A DNA stretch of 64,000 nucleotides, from IMG/VR virus record IMGVR_UViG_3300042197_001007. The stretch is one strand, 5' to 3'. The notes beneath the pieces are model-generated. The model was not told the origin of the DNA. It worked only from the letters and a program-made list of their open reading frames with translations, and did no database searches. Positions 1-9,964 of this stretch are shown here, piece by piece; the stretch's first letter is position 1; the number at the start of each line of letters is the position of its first letter. The position numbers were made by a program, and so were the translations under genes. This DNA comes from a virus.

Positions 1-26
1 AATTCGTAACATTTGTTAACCTATTT

Positions 27-56
27 AGTATACAGCATCACATCAGATGCTGTCAA
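27..56 (-). promoter_or_regulatory. sigma70-type promoter for a gene beyond the left edge; overlaps a late-promoter-like CTAAATA
   Basis: TTGACA(56-51)-18 nt-TATACT(32-27); 8-bp inverted repeat ACAGCATC/GATGCTGT over the spacer. Confidence 0.7.
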
Positions 57-108
57 GCCCAAAAAAGGAGTATAAATACTCAATTGATCCAGTTAAAAAA
101 GTGGCACA

Positions 109-149
109 CAAAAAAGGGACCGTCCTGTTATTTGGCAGGGGTCCCTTTG
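109..149 (-). terminator. intrinsic terminator after the hli genes
   Basis: AAAGGGACC...GGTCCCTTT stem with inner CCTG/CAGG pairing, followed by a U-run on the minus strand. Confidence 0.65.
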
Positions 150-180
150 GCTTGCGCCGACGATATTCAATTACTATTTA

Positions 181-300
181 TCACCAAACACCAGGAATAA
201 TTTGCCCAGTAGTCATGTAAGTGCCAACAGCAATGACGAAACCGAGCATTGCCAGACGAGCATTGAGGATCTCTGCCTCAGGGGTAAAACCAAATTTCAT
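181..300 (-). CDS. hli: high-light-inducible protein (39 aa, not in ORF track)
   Basis: Hand translation MKFGFTPEAEILNARLAMLGFVIAVGTYMTTGQIIPGVW; AExxN-RxAMxGF chlorophyll-binding motif. Confidence 0.92.
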   Translation of the reverse strand: MKFGFTPEAEILNARLAMLGFVIAVGTYMTTGQIIPGVW

Positions 301-311
301 GATTGTTCTCC

Positions 312-398
312 TTAATAAGTTTCAGAAAGATTTTCTATAGCATAACACAGTGTTACTAAAAAAGCAACAGAGGTTACTGTCCAAATAACTTCAGTCAT
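312..398 (-). CDS. 28-aa single-TM peptide between the two hli genes
   Basis: MTEVIWTVTSVAFLVTLCYAIENLSETY; ATG overlaps the upstream hli stop (TGATG coupling); AGGAG SD for the next hli follows its stop. Confidence 0.6.
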   Translation of the reverse strand: MTEVIWTVTSVAFLVTLCYAIENLSETY

Positions 399-592
399 CA
401 GAAGACACCGAAGAAGAGTTTGCCAGTGAGAGCATAAGAAAGAGCCCCAGCAATAATGCCGAGCATAGCCCAGCGTCCATTGTACTTCTCCTTTACTTGA
501 TTGGGGGTATCCATCCCGTAGTTTTCGTAGTACATGGTGGGTTCTTTTGCCCACATATTTTGCTGACCACGATCGTTAGTAGTAACAGTCAT
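398..592 (-). CDS. hli: high-light-inducible protein (64 aa)
   Basis: EKYNGRWAMLG motif plus TM helix; N-terminal TVTTN..GQQNMWAKEP typical of cyanophage Hli. Confidence 0.92.
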   Translation of the reverse strand: MTVTTNDRGQQNMWAKEPTMYYENYGMDTPNQVKEKYNGRWAMLGIIAGALSYALTGKLFFGVF

Positions 593-597
593 TTCAC

Positions 598-647
598 ATT
601 GTAACTTTTTACAACAATATTATATAGCAATTGTAAAGGATTGTCAA
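598..647 (-). promoter_or_regulatory. consensus sigma70 promoter of the hli operon with HLR1-like half-sites
   Basis: TTGACA(647-642)-17 nt-TATAAT(624-619); TTTACAAT at 637-630 and GTTGTAAA-N2-GTTACAAT at 615-598. Confidence 0.8.
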
Positions 648-650
648 GTA

Positions 651-3600
651 TTATGCCTGAGCTTCTGTCCAAGAAATTCTAGCGTCAATGTTTCTAGAAT
701 TTGTATCAATATTAGTTGCTCTAATTACGATAACTTCAGGACCATCTGGAAAGATACCAGTTGGATTCGGAGCAGTGGAAGTAGAATAAGAAGTTCCGCC
801 GCCGCCAAGAATAGAATTTGAAATTTCTTTTACAATTGAAAGATCATAACTGTTGACGCCATTATCAGCATAGAAACCATAAATGACTTCACCACCAGTC
901 AAGGTAGTCGTTGTTGAAAGAATAGCATACTGAGCAAGACTTGTTCCGCCAACATTTACCCAGTTGTTATTAGCACTAGGGACTGGATTGAGTAGAACCT
1001 CAATAAAGAATTTGCCAGTTGCTGAGGTATCAATTGCTCGTAAAACCAACTGCATTCTATTGACTAATTCTCTCGTTCCAAAGTTTCCAATCTGACTATT
1101 ATCTACAGAAGGTGCCACACGAAGAGCAACAATACCAATAGAAGCACCAGAAGCAATAGATCTTTGTGTTTTAGAACCAACGGTATACACATAAGCACGA
1201 TCATCATCATAACGCCCTTCCATAATAACCGACGAACCCCAGTGTGAGATTGTTGGAACAGACGTTGCCCTTAGCAATTCAATACCAATTGGTCTAGTGG
1301 CACTATAAGTAAATGTCTGTGCTGCACCTGCGCCAAGAGTTGAGAAAGTAACACCAGTTGGGTTTGCTGCTGTGACTGCTTTACTAAGAGTGATATTAGT
1401 TCCAGAAATAGAATGAACAAAAGTATCATCTGGAATGTTAGCGGCAACAACAACTTGTCCTTTCTGAATACCAGTTCCAGAACTCACAGTTCCACTAGAT
1501 GAACCAGAAGCAATTGTCAGTGATCTACCAGTAGCACCTGCTTGCTCTCTTGTTACACCAGTAAATGAACCACTCTCAGCAACTGCTAGTGGTGATAGAG
1601 CAGATCCAGTAGCAGTTGTAATGGATGCTGGAGTTGAACTACCAGCAACTGTAGTGATTGTAAATGTGGTTGAGCTTGGAACTGAGGCAACATAATATGT
1701 TTTTTCAGAAACAATATTTGAGAATGGACGATCAAATGTGATTGTCTGTGTACCACCAGGAACTAATCCTGTAGTAGAAGCAACGGTAAGAACATTACCA
1801 GAAGAATTTGCCGATATAATATCTTGTCTAAATGAGGTTGTACCAGTATAGTTTACATATTCAATCACGCCAGTTGTTGATCCAGTTGCTTGTTTGATCT
1901 TCAACGTTCCAGAAGTTGGGAAACTATATGGTGCTTTGTTTACATAGATTGTAGTAGCTCCAGAAGCAATTGAAGTTGTTGCTGTTACAAATGGGGGAAT
2001 AGTATTGACTTCATAACGAGCAGGTAAGTTACCCGATCTCATATAAGCTTCAGTATTGAAGTTGTTGTTTGGAATCTTGTGAGCATAGATTACGTTACCA
2101 TCTGTACCACGGAAACCCCAGCGAATAAATCCAGCACCATACCAAGAATAGTCCATATAGAACATCTGCATCTTGGTAAGGTCTAGATCATAACCAGACT
2201 TGCCAGTACCATCACAACGATCAATATTCCATTCTGCTTGCTTCCATTCTACTTCTGTGGTCTTAGAAACAGGAACGTTGCTAGCAGAAGGACCACGATA
2301 GTCTGGGAAGATTACAATTTGAGTATCAGAAATAACACCATCAACACGGTAAGAAGAACCACGAATAACAATATAATCACCAGGAACCAACTGCCTACCA
2401 AACTTAGTGCCTTGACCGTTTGGTGTGGTGTAGCTAGAGACGAGTGAACTGCCAGCAGTTACAGTTACTTTACCTGATAACTGGAATGTAGATGATCTAC
2501 GAACAACGCTGAGATGTCCATTCGCATAACGGAAGAAGATACCGTTTTGCTGATCCATCATACCAATCTCAAGTTTGGTTCCATAAGAATTGATTGGAGA
2601 AATTGTATAGTTACCAGCACCAGTTGATTCTTGTGGTGCTGTTGTTGCTGTGTATTGGAATGTATATGGATTAGTAACGTTAGTTACTTGGAACTGTCCA
2701 TTATAATTGTTGTCATTTACTCCACGAACGCTAACAATTGTGTCTCTAGTTACGTTATGAGCAACGGCACAGACAACTGTTATCGTGCTTCCAGATGCTG
2801 TGATGCTATCAATATTTTCAATCGCAGGAGCAAGAATAGAACCAGTAGAGAATGCTACGCCTTTACCAGACTGATAGCGGAAGTAACGTTTTGTCTGACG
2901 GATTGCTGCTTGATTAGCAGAAAATGTATTAGTAGAGAACTTTACACCACCATCAAATGCTCTGTGAATTGAGTTACCCTGTGGTCTTGGATAAAGCTTC
3001 TTAGTGCCACTATCAACAGATCCAGATGGTGCTGCGTCTGGGAAGTAGTAGAAACGGACAGGACTTTCAACTCTTGCTACAGTCCAAGAACCATTTACAT
3101 TTGTTCCAGAAGAACCAGTAACAGCGATTTCGTTACCAACTTCTAGTCCGTGAGCATTTGTACAATCAACACGAACAGAACCATTCATAACACCAGAAGC
3201 AATTGCTGTAAGTGTAATTGTTCCGCCAATATCAGAAGCAGTATAGTGTACACCAGCATAGATAGCAGTTCTAGAAGAATCATAGATGCCACCATTACCA
3301 GCAACCCAGGGGAATGATGCTGTGTACTTGAATGTACTTTGTGCTGACTGTACGCTGTCTACGATGAACACACCGTTAGCACCAGGGAAGTCAGTATCCT
3401 GTACAAAGATCGCAGCTCCAGCAGCAGGTAAAGCAGTAACTAATGTGTTGACAGAAACAGTAACTGTTTTGCTGTTGGTTGTTACCTGAACATCAGTTAC
3501 AGCATAAGGAGTTTCACCCTTGTAGGCAAATGGGTTGTTGTTGATTGTAGCGAGACCTTCCCATTTGGTGCTCTGAGTACCATATTCAAAGTCAGTATCC

Positions 3601-3953
3601 ATCTGAGACTGTGGTTGAGAAATTCTCAACTTGTTCACAGCATCGTGGTATGTTTCTGCTGGTGCGAAACTCTCTTCAAATTCATCATAAACAATCTGGA
3701 GTTTGTCAGTTGCTGACATCGTTGTGGTGTCATATGCCAACGTTACTCTCGTTGTAGTAACGTTACGAATATCAGTAGCGATAGTATAAGCAGTAGCAGT
3801 AAGCTCTGGGTCAGAGAAGTTATAGATTACTTTGTTGTCAGTAACGTTCGTAATCAGTACAAGTTTCTCTCTTGTGATACCACCAGGAATAACAACAACT
3901 CTATTCGCTGGATCAAAAATGTAGTAATTGTTTAGAATGGATTTTCTCGCCAT
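651..3953 (-). CDS. large virion structural/fibre-associated protein (1100 aa) with repeated beta modules
   Basis: T/S/G/V-rich ORF; N-terminal LITNVTDNKVIYNF domain; several repeats of a HGL.VG..I.V.G....NG.F.V..V.S...F.Y-like module. Confidence 0.7.
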   Translation of the reverse strand: MARKSILNNYYIFDPANRVVVIPGGITREKLVLITNVTDNKVIYNFSDPELTATAYTIATDIRNVTTTRVTLAYDTTTMSATDKLQIVYDEFEESFAPAETYHDAVNKLRISQPQSQMDTDFEYGTQSTKWEGLATINNNPFAYKGETPYAVTDVQVTTNSKTVTVSVNTLVTALPAAGAAIFVQDTDFPGANGVFIVDSVQSAQSTFKYTASFPWVAGNGGIYDSSRTAIYAGVHYTASDIGGTITLTAIASGVMNGSVRVDCTNAHGLEVGNEIAVTGSSGTNVNGSWTVARVESPVRFYYFPDAAPSGSVDSGTKKLYPRPQGNSIHRAFDGGVKFSTNTFSANQAAIRQTKRYFRYQSGKGVAFSTGSILAPAIENIDSITASGSTITVVCAVAHNVTRDTIVSVRGVNDNNYNGQFQVTNVTNPYTFQYTATTAPQESTGAGNYTISPINSYGTKLEIGMMDQQNGIFFRYANGHLSVVRRSSTFQLSGKVTVTAGSSLVSSYTTPNGQGTKFGRQLVPGDYIVIRGSSYRVDGVISDTQIVIFPDYRGPSASNVPVSKTTEVEWKQAEWNIDRCDGTGKSGYDLDLTKMQMFYMDYSWYGAGFIRWGFRGTDGNVIYAHKIPNNNFNTEAYMRSGNLPARYEVNTIPPFVTATTSIASGATTIYVNKAPYSFPTSGTLKIKQATGSTTGVIEYVNYTGTTSFRQDIISANSSGNVLTVASTTGLVPGGTQTITFDRPFSNIVSEKTYYVASVPSSTTFTITTVAGSSTPASITTATGSALSPLAVAESGSFTGVTREQAGATGRSLTIASGSSSGTVSSGTGIQKGQVVVAANIPDDTFVHSISGTNITLSKAVTAANPTGVTFSTLGAGAAQTFTYSATRPIGIELLRATSVPTISHWGSSVIMEGRYDDDRAYVYTVGSKTQRSIASGASIGIVALRVAPSVDNSQIGNFGTRELVNRMQLVLRAIDTSATGKFFIEVLLNPVPSANNNWVNVGGTSLAQYAILSTTTTLTGGEVIYGFYADNGVNSYDLSIVKEISNSILGGGGTSYSTSTAPNPTGIFPDGPEVIVIRATNIDTNSRNIDARISWTEAQA

Positions 3954-3996
3954 TACTGACTGCCTCTAGATAGATATTCTTTGCTCTATCTATTTA

Positions 3997-6123
3997 TCAG
4001 ACACCATACTTGGCACGGGTAGCGTTGAAGTTCTGGGATACTTCTACCGCTGATAATCCTTTGCTGTATAGTCTGAAGCTCCCTAGTCTAGCATTCAGTT
4101 CATATCCAGCAGTATTGAAACTAGCAATATACAAAGTTCCAGTATTAGTAATATTATATCCAGTAGTTGTTCCAGTCATAGCAACAGCAGCATTATTCAC
4201 ATATACTGTTAGTGCTCCAGCAAGGTATCTGACTACAATATGGACCCAGATATTTGAGTTGATTGGATTTGATGTTCCAGCACTACTACCATGAAAATAA
4301 ATGTTATTAGTAGCACCATTCAAGTAAGCATCAAGAGAAGATGTATTGTTATTGACAGAAAACAACCTTCTATTAGTACCAGGATTGCTTAAGATATATA
4401 CCCACATTTCTACAGTTCCATTTGCCCCGAACCCCCAAGCACCATTTGTTGGAACAGTAATGTATTGGTTTGTTCCATTCAAAGTTAAATACCCACCATT
4501 AGAACTGCTGTAACTAGGTGTATTAAAAATTGATCCAGTATGACCAACACCACTAATATCATAAATCACATTTCTATTTCTAGGACTTGGATAAGATATA
4601 GATGGTTCAAAATATAAAACTAATTGATCTGTTATGATTCCAGAAGATGTAGTAATTTTTGCTACCTGTCCATTAGGAACATAATTCAATCCACTAAAAG
4701 TATTGATTTCATTTACTTGAACTTTCTTGTTAGCAACTTGTGTGGCAAGATCATCAAACAAAATCTTATTGGCACCAAAAGGATATGTAACTAGATCACT
4801 AGTATCTTGTCTCACAGATCCATCAGATAATCTACCGATGTTATCTGTAATATTCAGAATTGTATAGTCATAGTTTGTTCCCCCAGAGGAATATTGGAAA
4901 GCACCAAATCCATTACCAGAAGTACTTACTTTACCGAATGTATAAGTGTCAGGTTCTCCAGTTACTACATTTGTTGCCTCATCTGTAAACAACAAATAGA
5001 AAAATGATGGGTCAGCATCCAACGAAACGTTACCAATTGTTTGATCTAAGCTACTATAAAGAGTTCTAGTCCAAAGCAACGTTCCATCTTGGGAATACTT
5101 GTTTAGTAATACAAAATCGTCGTTGTTATATGTAAATCTTCCAGCAACTATAGTTTGCTGTGTTTCTCCATCAGATTTAACACCATAAAATTCAAAATTT
5201 CTATCTAACTTAGTTTCTTTTTGCCATACAATATTTCCTTCTGGAGAATACTTAATGAGAAATCCTCTTGATTTATTGCCAATAGTATCACGAATTGTTC
5301 CTACAACATAGATCTGATCTTTACTATCAATATAAACATCTGTACATTCTGTTTGCCAGTATGAAGATGACGTTGCCAATCTCGGATCTTCTATAGTTCT
5401 TTCCCACAATAATGTGCCATCGGTAGCATTAACTTTAGCAATATATCCTTTATTTTTTATAGTATCAGATACTTTGCCAACAACTACAACTTGCCCTCTA
5501 GAATTAGTATCACATTTCACAAACGTTACTGGTCCGTAAGTAGATCTACTATCTTTTCCCCAAAAGAAAGCACCACTTATATCAGTAGTGTTTGGTATTC
5601 CGCCAAAACCATCTCCGTGTATTTTTTCAAGATATCCTCTGTTTAAACTAGAACCACAAACGTAGATATTATTACTATTATCAACGGCAATCCCAGTATA
5701 TCCAAGTCCAGCAGTATTAGATGCTACTTGCCACGAAATATCACCACCATTTGAATACTTGGCAACCCAAGCTCTTGTTCCTGTTTTTCCACAAACAATC
5801 AAATTGTTACTGCTATCCAGATCAAGAGCAGTAAGAGTTGTATTAGTGCTGTTTAATGTTGATTCTATTTCTACCTTCCAATCTAATGTTCCATCATCAG
5901 ATCTTTTTTCAAACCACCCCTTTCCTTTGGATGAAGCAGTTTCATTTGATCCTGCTAGCAAGAACTTTTGATCTGGAACATTATATCTAATCTCATCTGG
6001 TAGATAAACACCATCAGTTCCTGCTGACTGATCTATTCTACGAAAGAAGTTTGTAACTACCTGTGCTCCTGTGGATCCCAACAGGAATAAATTTCTGGCA
6101 GGACTATTGAAACCTACTGGCAT
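3997..6123 (-). CDS. structural protein with beta-propeller repeats and a C-terminal LamG/ConA-like domain (708 aa)
   Basis: Repeated D.S.N.YV.G....G.I.K....G...W blades; C-terminal WVHIVV..LYSKGLSAVEVSQNF LamG-like signature. Confidence 0.7.
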   Translation of the reverse strand: MPVGFNSPARNLFLLGSTGAQVVTNFFRRIDQSAGTDGVYLPDEIRYNVPDQKFLLAGSNETASSKGKGWFEKRSDDGTLDWKVEIESTLNSTNTTLTALDLDSSNNLIVCGKTGTRAWVAKYSNGGDISWQVASNTAGLGYTGIAVDNSNNIYVCGSSLNRGYLEKIHGDGFGGIPNTTDISGAFFWGKDSRSTYGPVTFVKCDTNSRGQVVVVGKVSDTIKNKGYIAKVNATDGTLLWERTIEDPRLATSSSYWQTECTDVYIDSKDQIYVVGTIRDTIGNKSRGFLIKYSPEGNIVWQKETKLDRNFEFYGVKSDGETQQTIVAGRFTYNNDDFVLLNKYSQDGTLLWTRTLYSSLDQTIGNVSLDADPSFFYLLFTDEATNVVTGEPDTYTFGKVSTSGNGFGAFQYSSGGTNYDYTILNITDNIGRLSDGSVRQDTSDLVTYPFGANKILFDDLATQVANKKVQVNEINTFSGLNYVPNGQVAKITTSSGIITDQLVLYFEPSISYPSPRNRNVIYDISGVGHTGSIFNTPSYSSSNGGYLTLNGTNQYITVPTNGAWGFGANGTVEMWVYILSNPGTNRRLFSVNNNTSSLDAYLNGATNNIYFHGSSAGTSNPINSNIWVHIVVRYLAGALTVYVNNAAVAMTGTTTGYNITNTGTLYIASFNTAGYELNARLGSFRLYSKGLSAVEVSQNFNATRAKYGV

Positions 6124-6133
6124 TTATCTATCC

Positions 6134-9100
6134 TCAGCTGAAGTTTGTATTGCCTTGACCGAATACTCTAACGGTTCCAGAAGCATCCTGAACGATAATA
6201 AATGTAAGAATATCTGTGTTTGATGTAGCAAGTGGTGGAGAACCACCAGACCAACGAACACCATTTGATACTGCTGTTCCATCAACAGTACAAGCATCTC
6301 CATATGTAGCAGCAGTATTGCCTTCTAGGATCAACGTAATTGTTTTTGATTGACCGTTAGTAAGACCAACACCAGTAAATGCCCAGGTGTTGATAGCAGT
6401 TGTAGTTGGTTTTCCAAGAAGTGTGTTGGCACCAGCAGTACTGATTGTAAGAGTATTGGAAGTTGGTGTAAGTGTTGTTGTAAAGCTGTTGAATACTTTT
6501 TCAGTAACGACACCACCAATCTTTACAAATCCATCAACAGTTAGATTTGTAAGTGTTCCTACAGATGTGAGTGAAGAGTTGACAACTGTGGTTCCAAGTG
6601 TGGTTGTATTGAGAACAAGTTGGTTACCAATTACAAACTTCTTACCAGGCGCAAGTTCAAGGTTCTCTGAAATTACCCAGTACTTATCAGTTCTGCTGTG
6701 GTCGTACAGAATAGTCTTGTTTGTCGCTCCCTTCAGAATAATACCACCACCATCAGCTCCAAGATCAGTTGGACCAGTTGCTTCAAATGTGGCAGTTCCA
6801 GTTGATCCAGAAACAGCAGCAGATAGAACAGCAGTATTGCCAGTAATTGAAACGATATATGTTCCTGCTGGGACCGAGATACCACCAGTCAGGGAAACCA
6901 GCGTCATACCAGGAATTAATCCTGATGTTGGAGTAATCGCCGTGATTGTTGTTTGACCATTTTGAACGTTTGCTGTAAATGTTGTAGTAACTACAGCAGC
7001 AAGTTCAATATTTTTATCATCAACAGTCATTATGTTTGAATTAACTGTTGTTGTCGTTCCATTTACAGTTAGGTTACCATCAATAGTTGTGCTTCCATTT
7101 ACTCGGAAGTCTTTTGGAATGGTAACGTTAAAAGAACTATCTCCACGGATCCATGCTTCAGTTCCAGATGCGATAACTAATTGGTTGCTTCCACTTGCGC
7201 TTGGAGGAAGATACGTTGGGTTAGTAGCATTTTCATCTGGTGCTGGTCCAATTAGAACATTTCCACTGCCAAGCAATCCATATCCAGCAAAATGACCAAT
7301 ACAAACATTATAATTTCCGCCAATATTTGATTCTAAAGAATTTGATCCGATCGCAACATTACCATCTCCGTCCTGGTTAAGAAGTTGCGAATCTCTTCCA
7401 ACTGCTACGTTAGAAAATCCAGTAGAATTTGCTCTCAGTGCTCTGTACCCAACTCCAACATTACTTGCTCCAGATAAATTTGTAAGTAAAGTTTCAAATC
7501 CAACGGAAGTATTCTGTGATCCAGAAGTATTGTTTTCTAAGCAGTTAAATCCAATTCTTGTATTTGTATTGACAGCACCTCCACCTCTACCAATTTTCAT
7601 TGGTGATGATCCACCGCCACGAATAGTAATATCAACATTCGCAAAGTTTGCTGTACCATTTACAGTAAATGTATCTCCAGAAACTGTATTAGCAGTAAAG
7701 TTCTTAGAAACTGTTAGAGAGTTAGCAATCGTTGTTGTTCCAGTAGAAGCAGCAAAATTCAACGATGTAGCAGCACCAAAGGCATTCACAGTTGTTGCCG
7801 ATGTATCAAACATAGAGAAAGTGCTGCTGTTTGTAGTAACACTTGTGTTAAATTGTGGGCTAGAAGAGAAGACAAGAACACCAGTTCCTGTACTATCAGA
7901 AACAACACCTCTCAATTGAGTAGAAGTTGTAGTGGCAAATGAAGCAAGAGTGTTTGAAGAGTATGCTACTTGAGCACCAGCGCCGCCGCCAGTACCAAAG
8001 TTAATTGTAGAACCATCAGTTCCATTAAAAGTTAGTGTATTGTTTAAAGTAATTGTCTTTAAGTTTGCGACAGTAACAGTGGCATTTGCTGTGGTTGTAA
8101 TTGCCAATCCATTGATGGACGTTGCTGTAGCAGCACCAAGAGCAGGAGAAGTTAATGTTGGAGATGTAAGTGTCTTGTTTGTTAATGTTTGCGTTTCATT
8201 TTCAGTAACAAATCTTTTGGCAACAGATCCATCATAGGATCTCCAATATGCTCCAACTTCATACCATTCTAATCTATTAAAACCAGTTACAGTTCCAGAA
8301 GAGTTTGTAGTTCTATTAACTTGGATACCAGCATCAGTTCCAGTAAGACTATTACCTCTTCTTAGTTCAACAATATTATCGGCAACAGATAATGTAGTTG
8401 TTTCAATAACTGTATTTGTTCCAGTTACGTTTAAGTTTCCATTAATTGTTACAGTTGTTCCGTCATCAGTAATAATCGCATTTGCTAATTGTCCATTAGC
8501 ATTATCCCACTTAATAATTCTGTTATCAATTAAGTTAGCAGCATTTTTAATTGAATATTCTGTGCCGCCAGTAAGTGTTAATCCTTCCCCTGCGCTAAAA
8601 GAAGCACCAGTATCAGTATTAACTGAACTAATTTCAATAGTTGTTACTCCAGCAGCACTTGTTTGCGAAATACTAGAAGCACCAGAAGCAATAAATCTAA
8701 AGTTACCAGCAGCAAGAACATTAGATGGACCAGATGCTATTTGAGTAACAGTATTGGTGTCTGTACTATCAATAGAAATCGTATTACCACTTTGAGATAC
8801 TGTTACATTTCCCCCAGATCCACCTTGAATTGTAATATCTCCAGATTGAAATGATCCAGATCCACCACCCTTTAATCTTGTTACTGTATCAGACGAGGTA
8901 ACTGTTATTGTTGGTTTGCTATCAACATCAACCCCTTGTGTAAGACTTACAGCAGTTCCAGCTAAAAATGTGAAATCTCCAGGCGCAAATGCTTGTCCAG
9001 TTCCAGCACGTAGACGAGTAATTGTATCGTTATCTACTGTATTAATTGTAATTGTTCTTGTTCCAGCATCTTGTGATACCGTAGATGCTCCAGTAGCAGC

Positions 9101-9724
9101 AATAGTAATTGCTCCAGATTGAGCAGTACCACCAGTCGCTGATTGAATTGTAGTTACAGTATTATTATCAACAACATGTCCAGAAATCGTGATCGTATCA
9201 TCTGTTCTATCTAAAAATAAAGAAACGGCATTAGATCCAGCTGGAACTGATGCTGGAGTTGTTACAGCAATTGTTACATCATCAGTAACCCCAGCACCAG
9301 AATTTCCACCAGATGTTAAACGAATTCTTTTTTGTGCGGCAGATGTTCCATCAATTGCTGAAATAGCATATGTTGTATTATTATCAGGTGTTGTTACTGA
9401 TCCACCAAGAGCAATTGTAACACCATTGATAGTAATGCCAGAATTAATTAGAGAACTATTTGAAATATTGGTGAGAATATTATTACTTCCAGATATAACG
9501 CACGTCTCAAGAGTTTTATTAGTAATAGTCTGTGCTTGCGTTAGATATACATCACCTGGCGTCCCCCAGAAAACTGTAGATCCATTACTAGTTAAATATT
9601 TTCCATTGCCACCATCCCCACCAATAACGATACCATTACCAGTGAATTCTATTCTATCTCCAGATGCTATTTCTTCAATCTTTCTGGAAACAGCATTAAC
9701 GATTAATGGAAAGCGGTCAGCCAT
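6134..9724 (-). CDS. long tail-fibre-like protein (1196 aa)
   Basis: TLTNKTLTSP motifs, DTVTRL..G repeats, N.AVG..AL..N..G..N repeats, SSLTSVGTLT motif, extreme T/G/S content. Confidence 0.75.
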   Translation of the reverse strand: MADRFPLIVNAVSRKIEEIASGDRIEFTGNGIVIGGDGGNGKYLTSNGSTVFWGTPGDVYLTQAQTITNKTLETCVISGSNNILTNISNSSLINSGITINGVTIALGGSVTTPDNNTTYAISAIDGTSAAQKRIRLTSGGNSGAGVTDDVTIAVTTPASVPAGSNAVSLFLDRTDDTITISGHVVDNNTVTTIQSATGGTAQSGAITIAATGASTVSQDAGTRTITINTVDNDTITRLRAGTGQAFAPGDFTFLAGTAVSLTQGVDVDSKPTITVTSSDTVTRLKGGGSGSFQSGDITIQGGSGGNVTVSQSGNTISIDSTDTNTVTQIASGPSNVLAAGNFRFIASGASSISQTSAAGVTTIEISSVNTDTGASFSAGEGLTLTGGTEYSIKNAANLIDNRIIKWDNANGQLANAIITDDGTTVTINGNLNVTGTNTVIETTTLSVADNIVELRRGNSLTGTDAGIQVNRTTNSSGTVTGFNRLEWYEVGAYWRSYDGSVAKRFVTENETQTLTNKTLTSPTLTSPALGAATATSINGLAITTTANATVTVANLKTITLNNTLTFNGTDGSTINFGTGGGAGAQVAYSSNTLASFATTTSTQLRGVVSDSTGTGVLVFSSSPQFNTSVTTNSSTFSMFDTSATTVNAFGAATSLNFAASTGTTTIANSLTVSKNFTANTVSGDTFTVNGTANFANVDITIRGGGSSPMKIGRGGGAVNTNTRIGFNCLENNTSGSQNTSVGFETLLTNLSGASNVGVGYRALRANSTGFSNVAVGRDSQLLNQDGDGNVAIGSNSLESNIGGNYNVCIGHFAGYGLLGSGNVLIGPAPDENATNPTYLPPSASGSNQLVIASGTEAWIRGDSSFNVTIPKDFRVNGSTTIDGNLTVNGTTTTVNSNIMTVDDKNIELAAVVTTTFTANVQNGQTTITAITPTSGLIPGMTLVSLTGGISVPAGTYIVSITGNTAVLSAAVSGSTGTATFEATGPTDLGADGGGIILKGATNKTILYDHSRTDKYWVISENLELAPGKKFVIGNQLVLNTTTLGTTVVNSSLTSVGTLTNLTVDGFVKIGGVVTEKVFNSFTTTLTPTSNTLTISTAGANTLLGKPTTTAINTWAFTGVGLTNGQSKTITLILEGNTAATYGDACTVDGTAVSNGVRWSGGSPPLATSNTDILTFIIVQDASGTVRVFGQGNTNFS

Positions 9725-9776
9725 TTATACTTACCAACAGATACTAGTTCTCTGGTTTATTTATGTCTGTCAAAAA

Positions 9777-9847
9777 AGCGGACAACGGGGATCGAACCCG
9801 TGATTTCAACTTGGAAGGATGACGTGTTACCGCTACACCATGTCCGC
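9777..9847 (-). tRNA. tRNA-Gly(TCC)
   Basis: Cloverleaf GCGGACA/TGTCCGC, loop CT-TCC-AA, T-loop TTCGATC. Confidence 0.92.
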
Positions 9848-9871
9848 AAGGTGGGGGATGTCAACCCCCCG

Positions 9872-9964
9872 TGCTAGGCTCGCCACCTAGTTTTGACTGA
9901 ACTAGGAAACAGGCGGGAGAGAGTCCCATCCGCACCACCAATTCTTTGAGGAAATTGGAAACCT
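9872..9964 (-). ncRNA. structured RNA with two tandem pseudoknot/hairpin units each followed by UGGYG (resembles the wcaG-type cyanophage motif as recalled; unverified)
   Basis: Stems CCAATT/AATTGG and CCTAGTT/AACTAGG, each preceded by TTT and followed by TGGTG or TGGCG; central GGGA/TCCC hairpin. Confidence 0.6.

Noticed and set aside
1-20. NtcA box (GTA-N8-TAC) at the window start or hli promoter
   Set aside because: The sites read GTA-N8-TAA and GTA-N6-TAC; an HLR1-like reading fits better.
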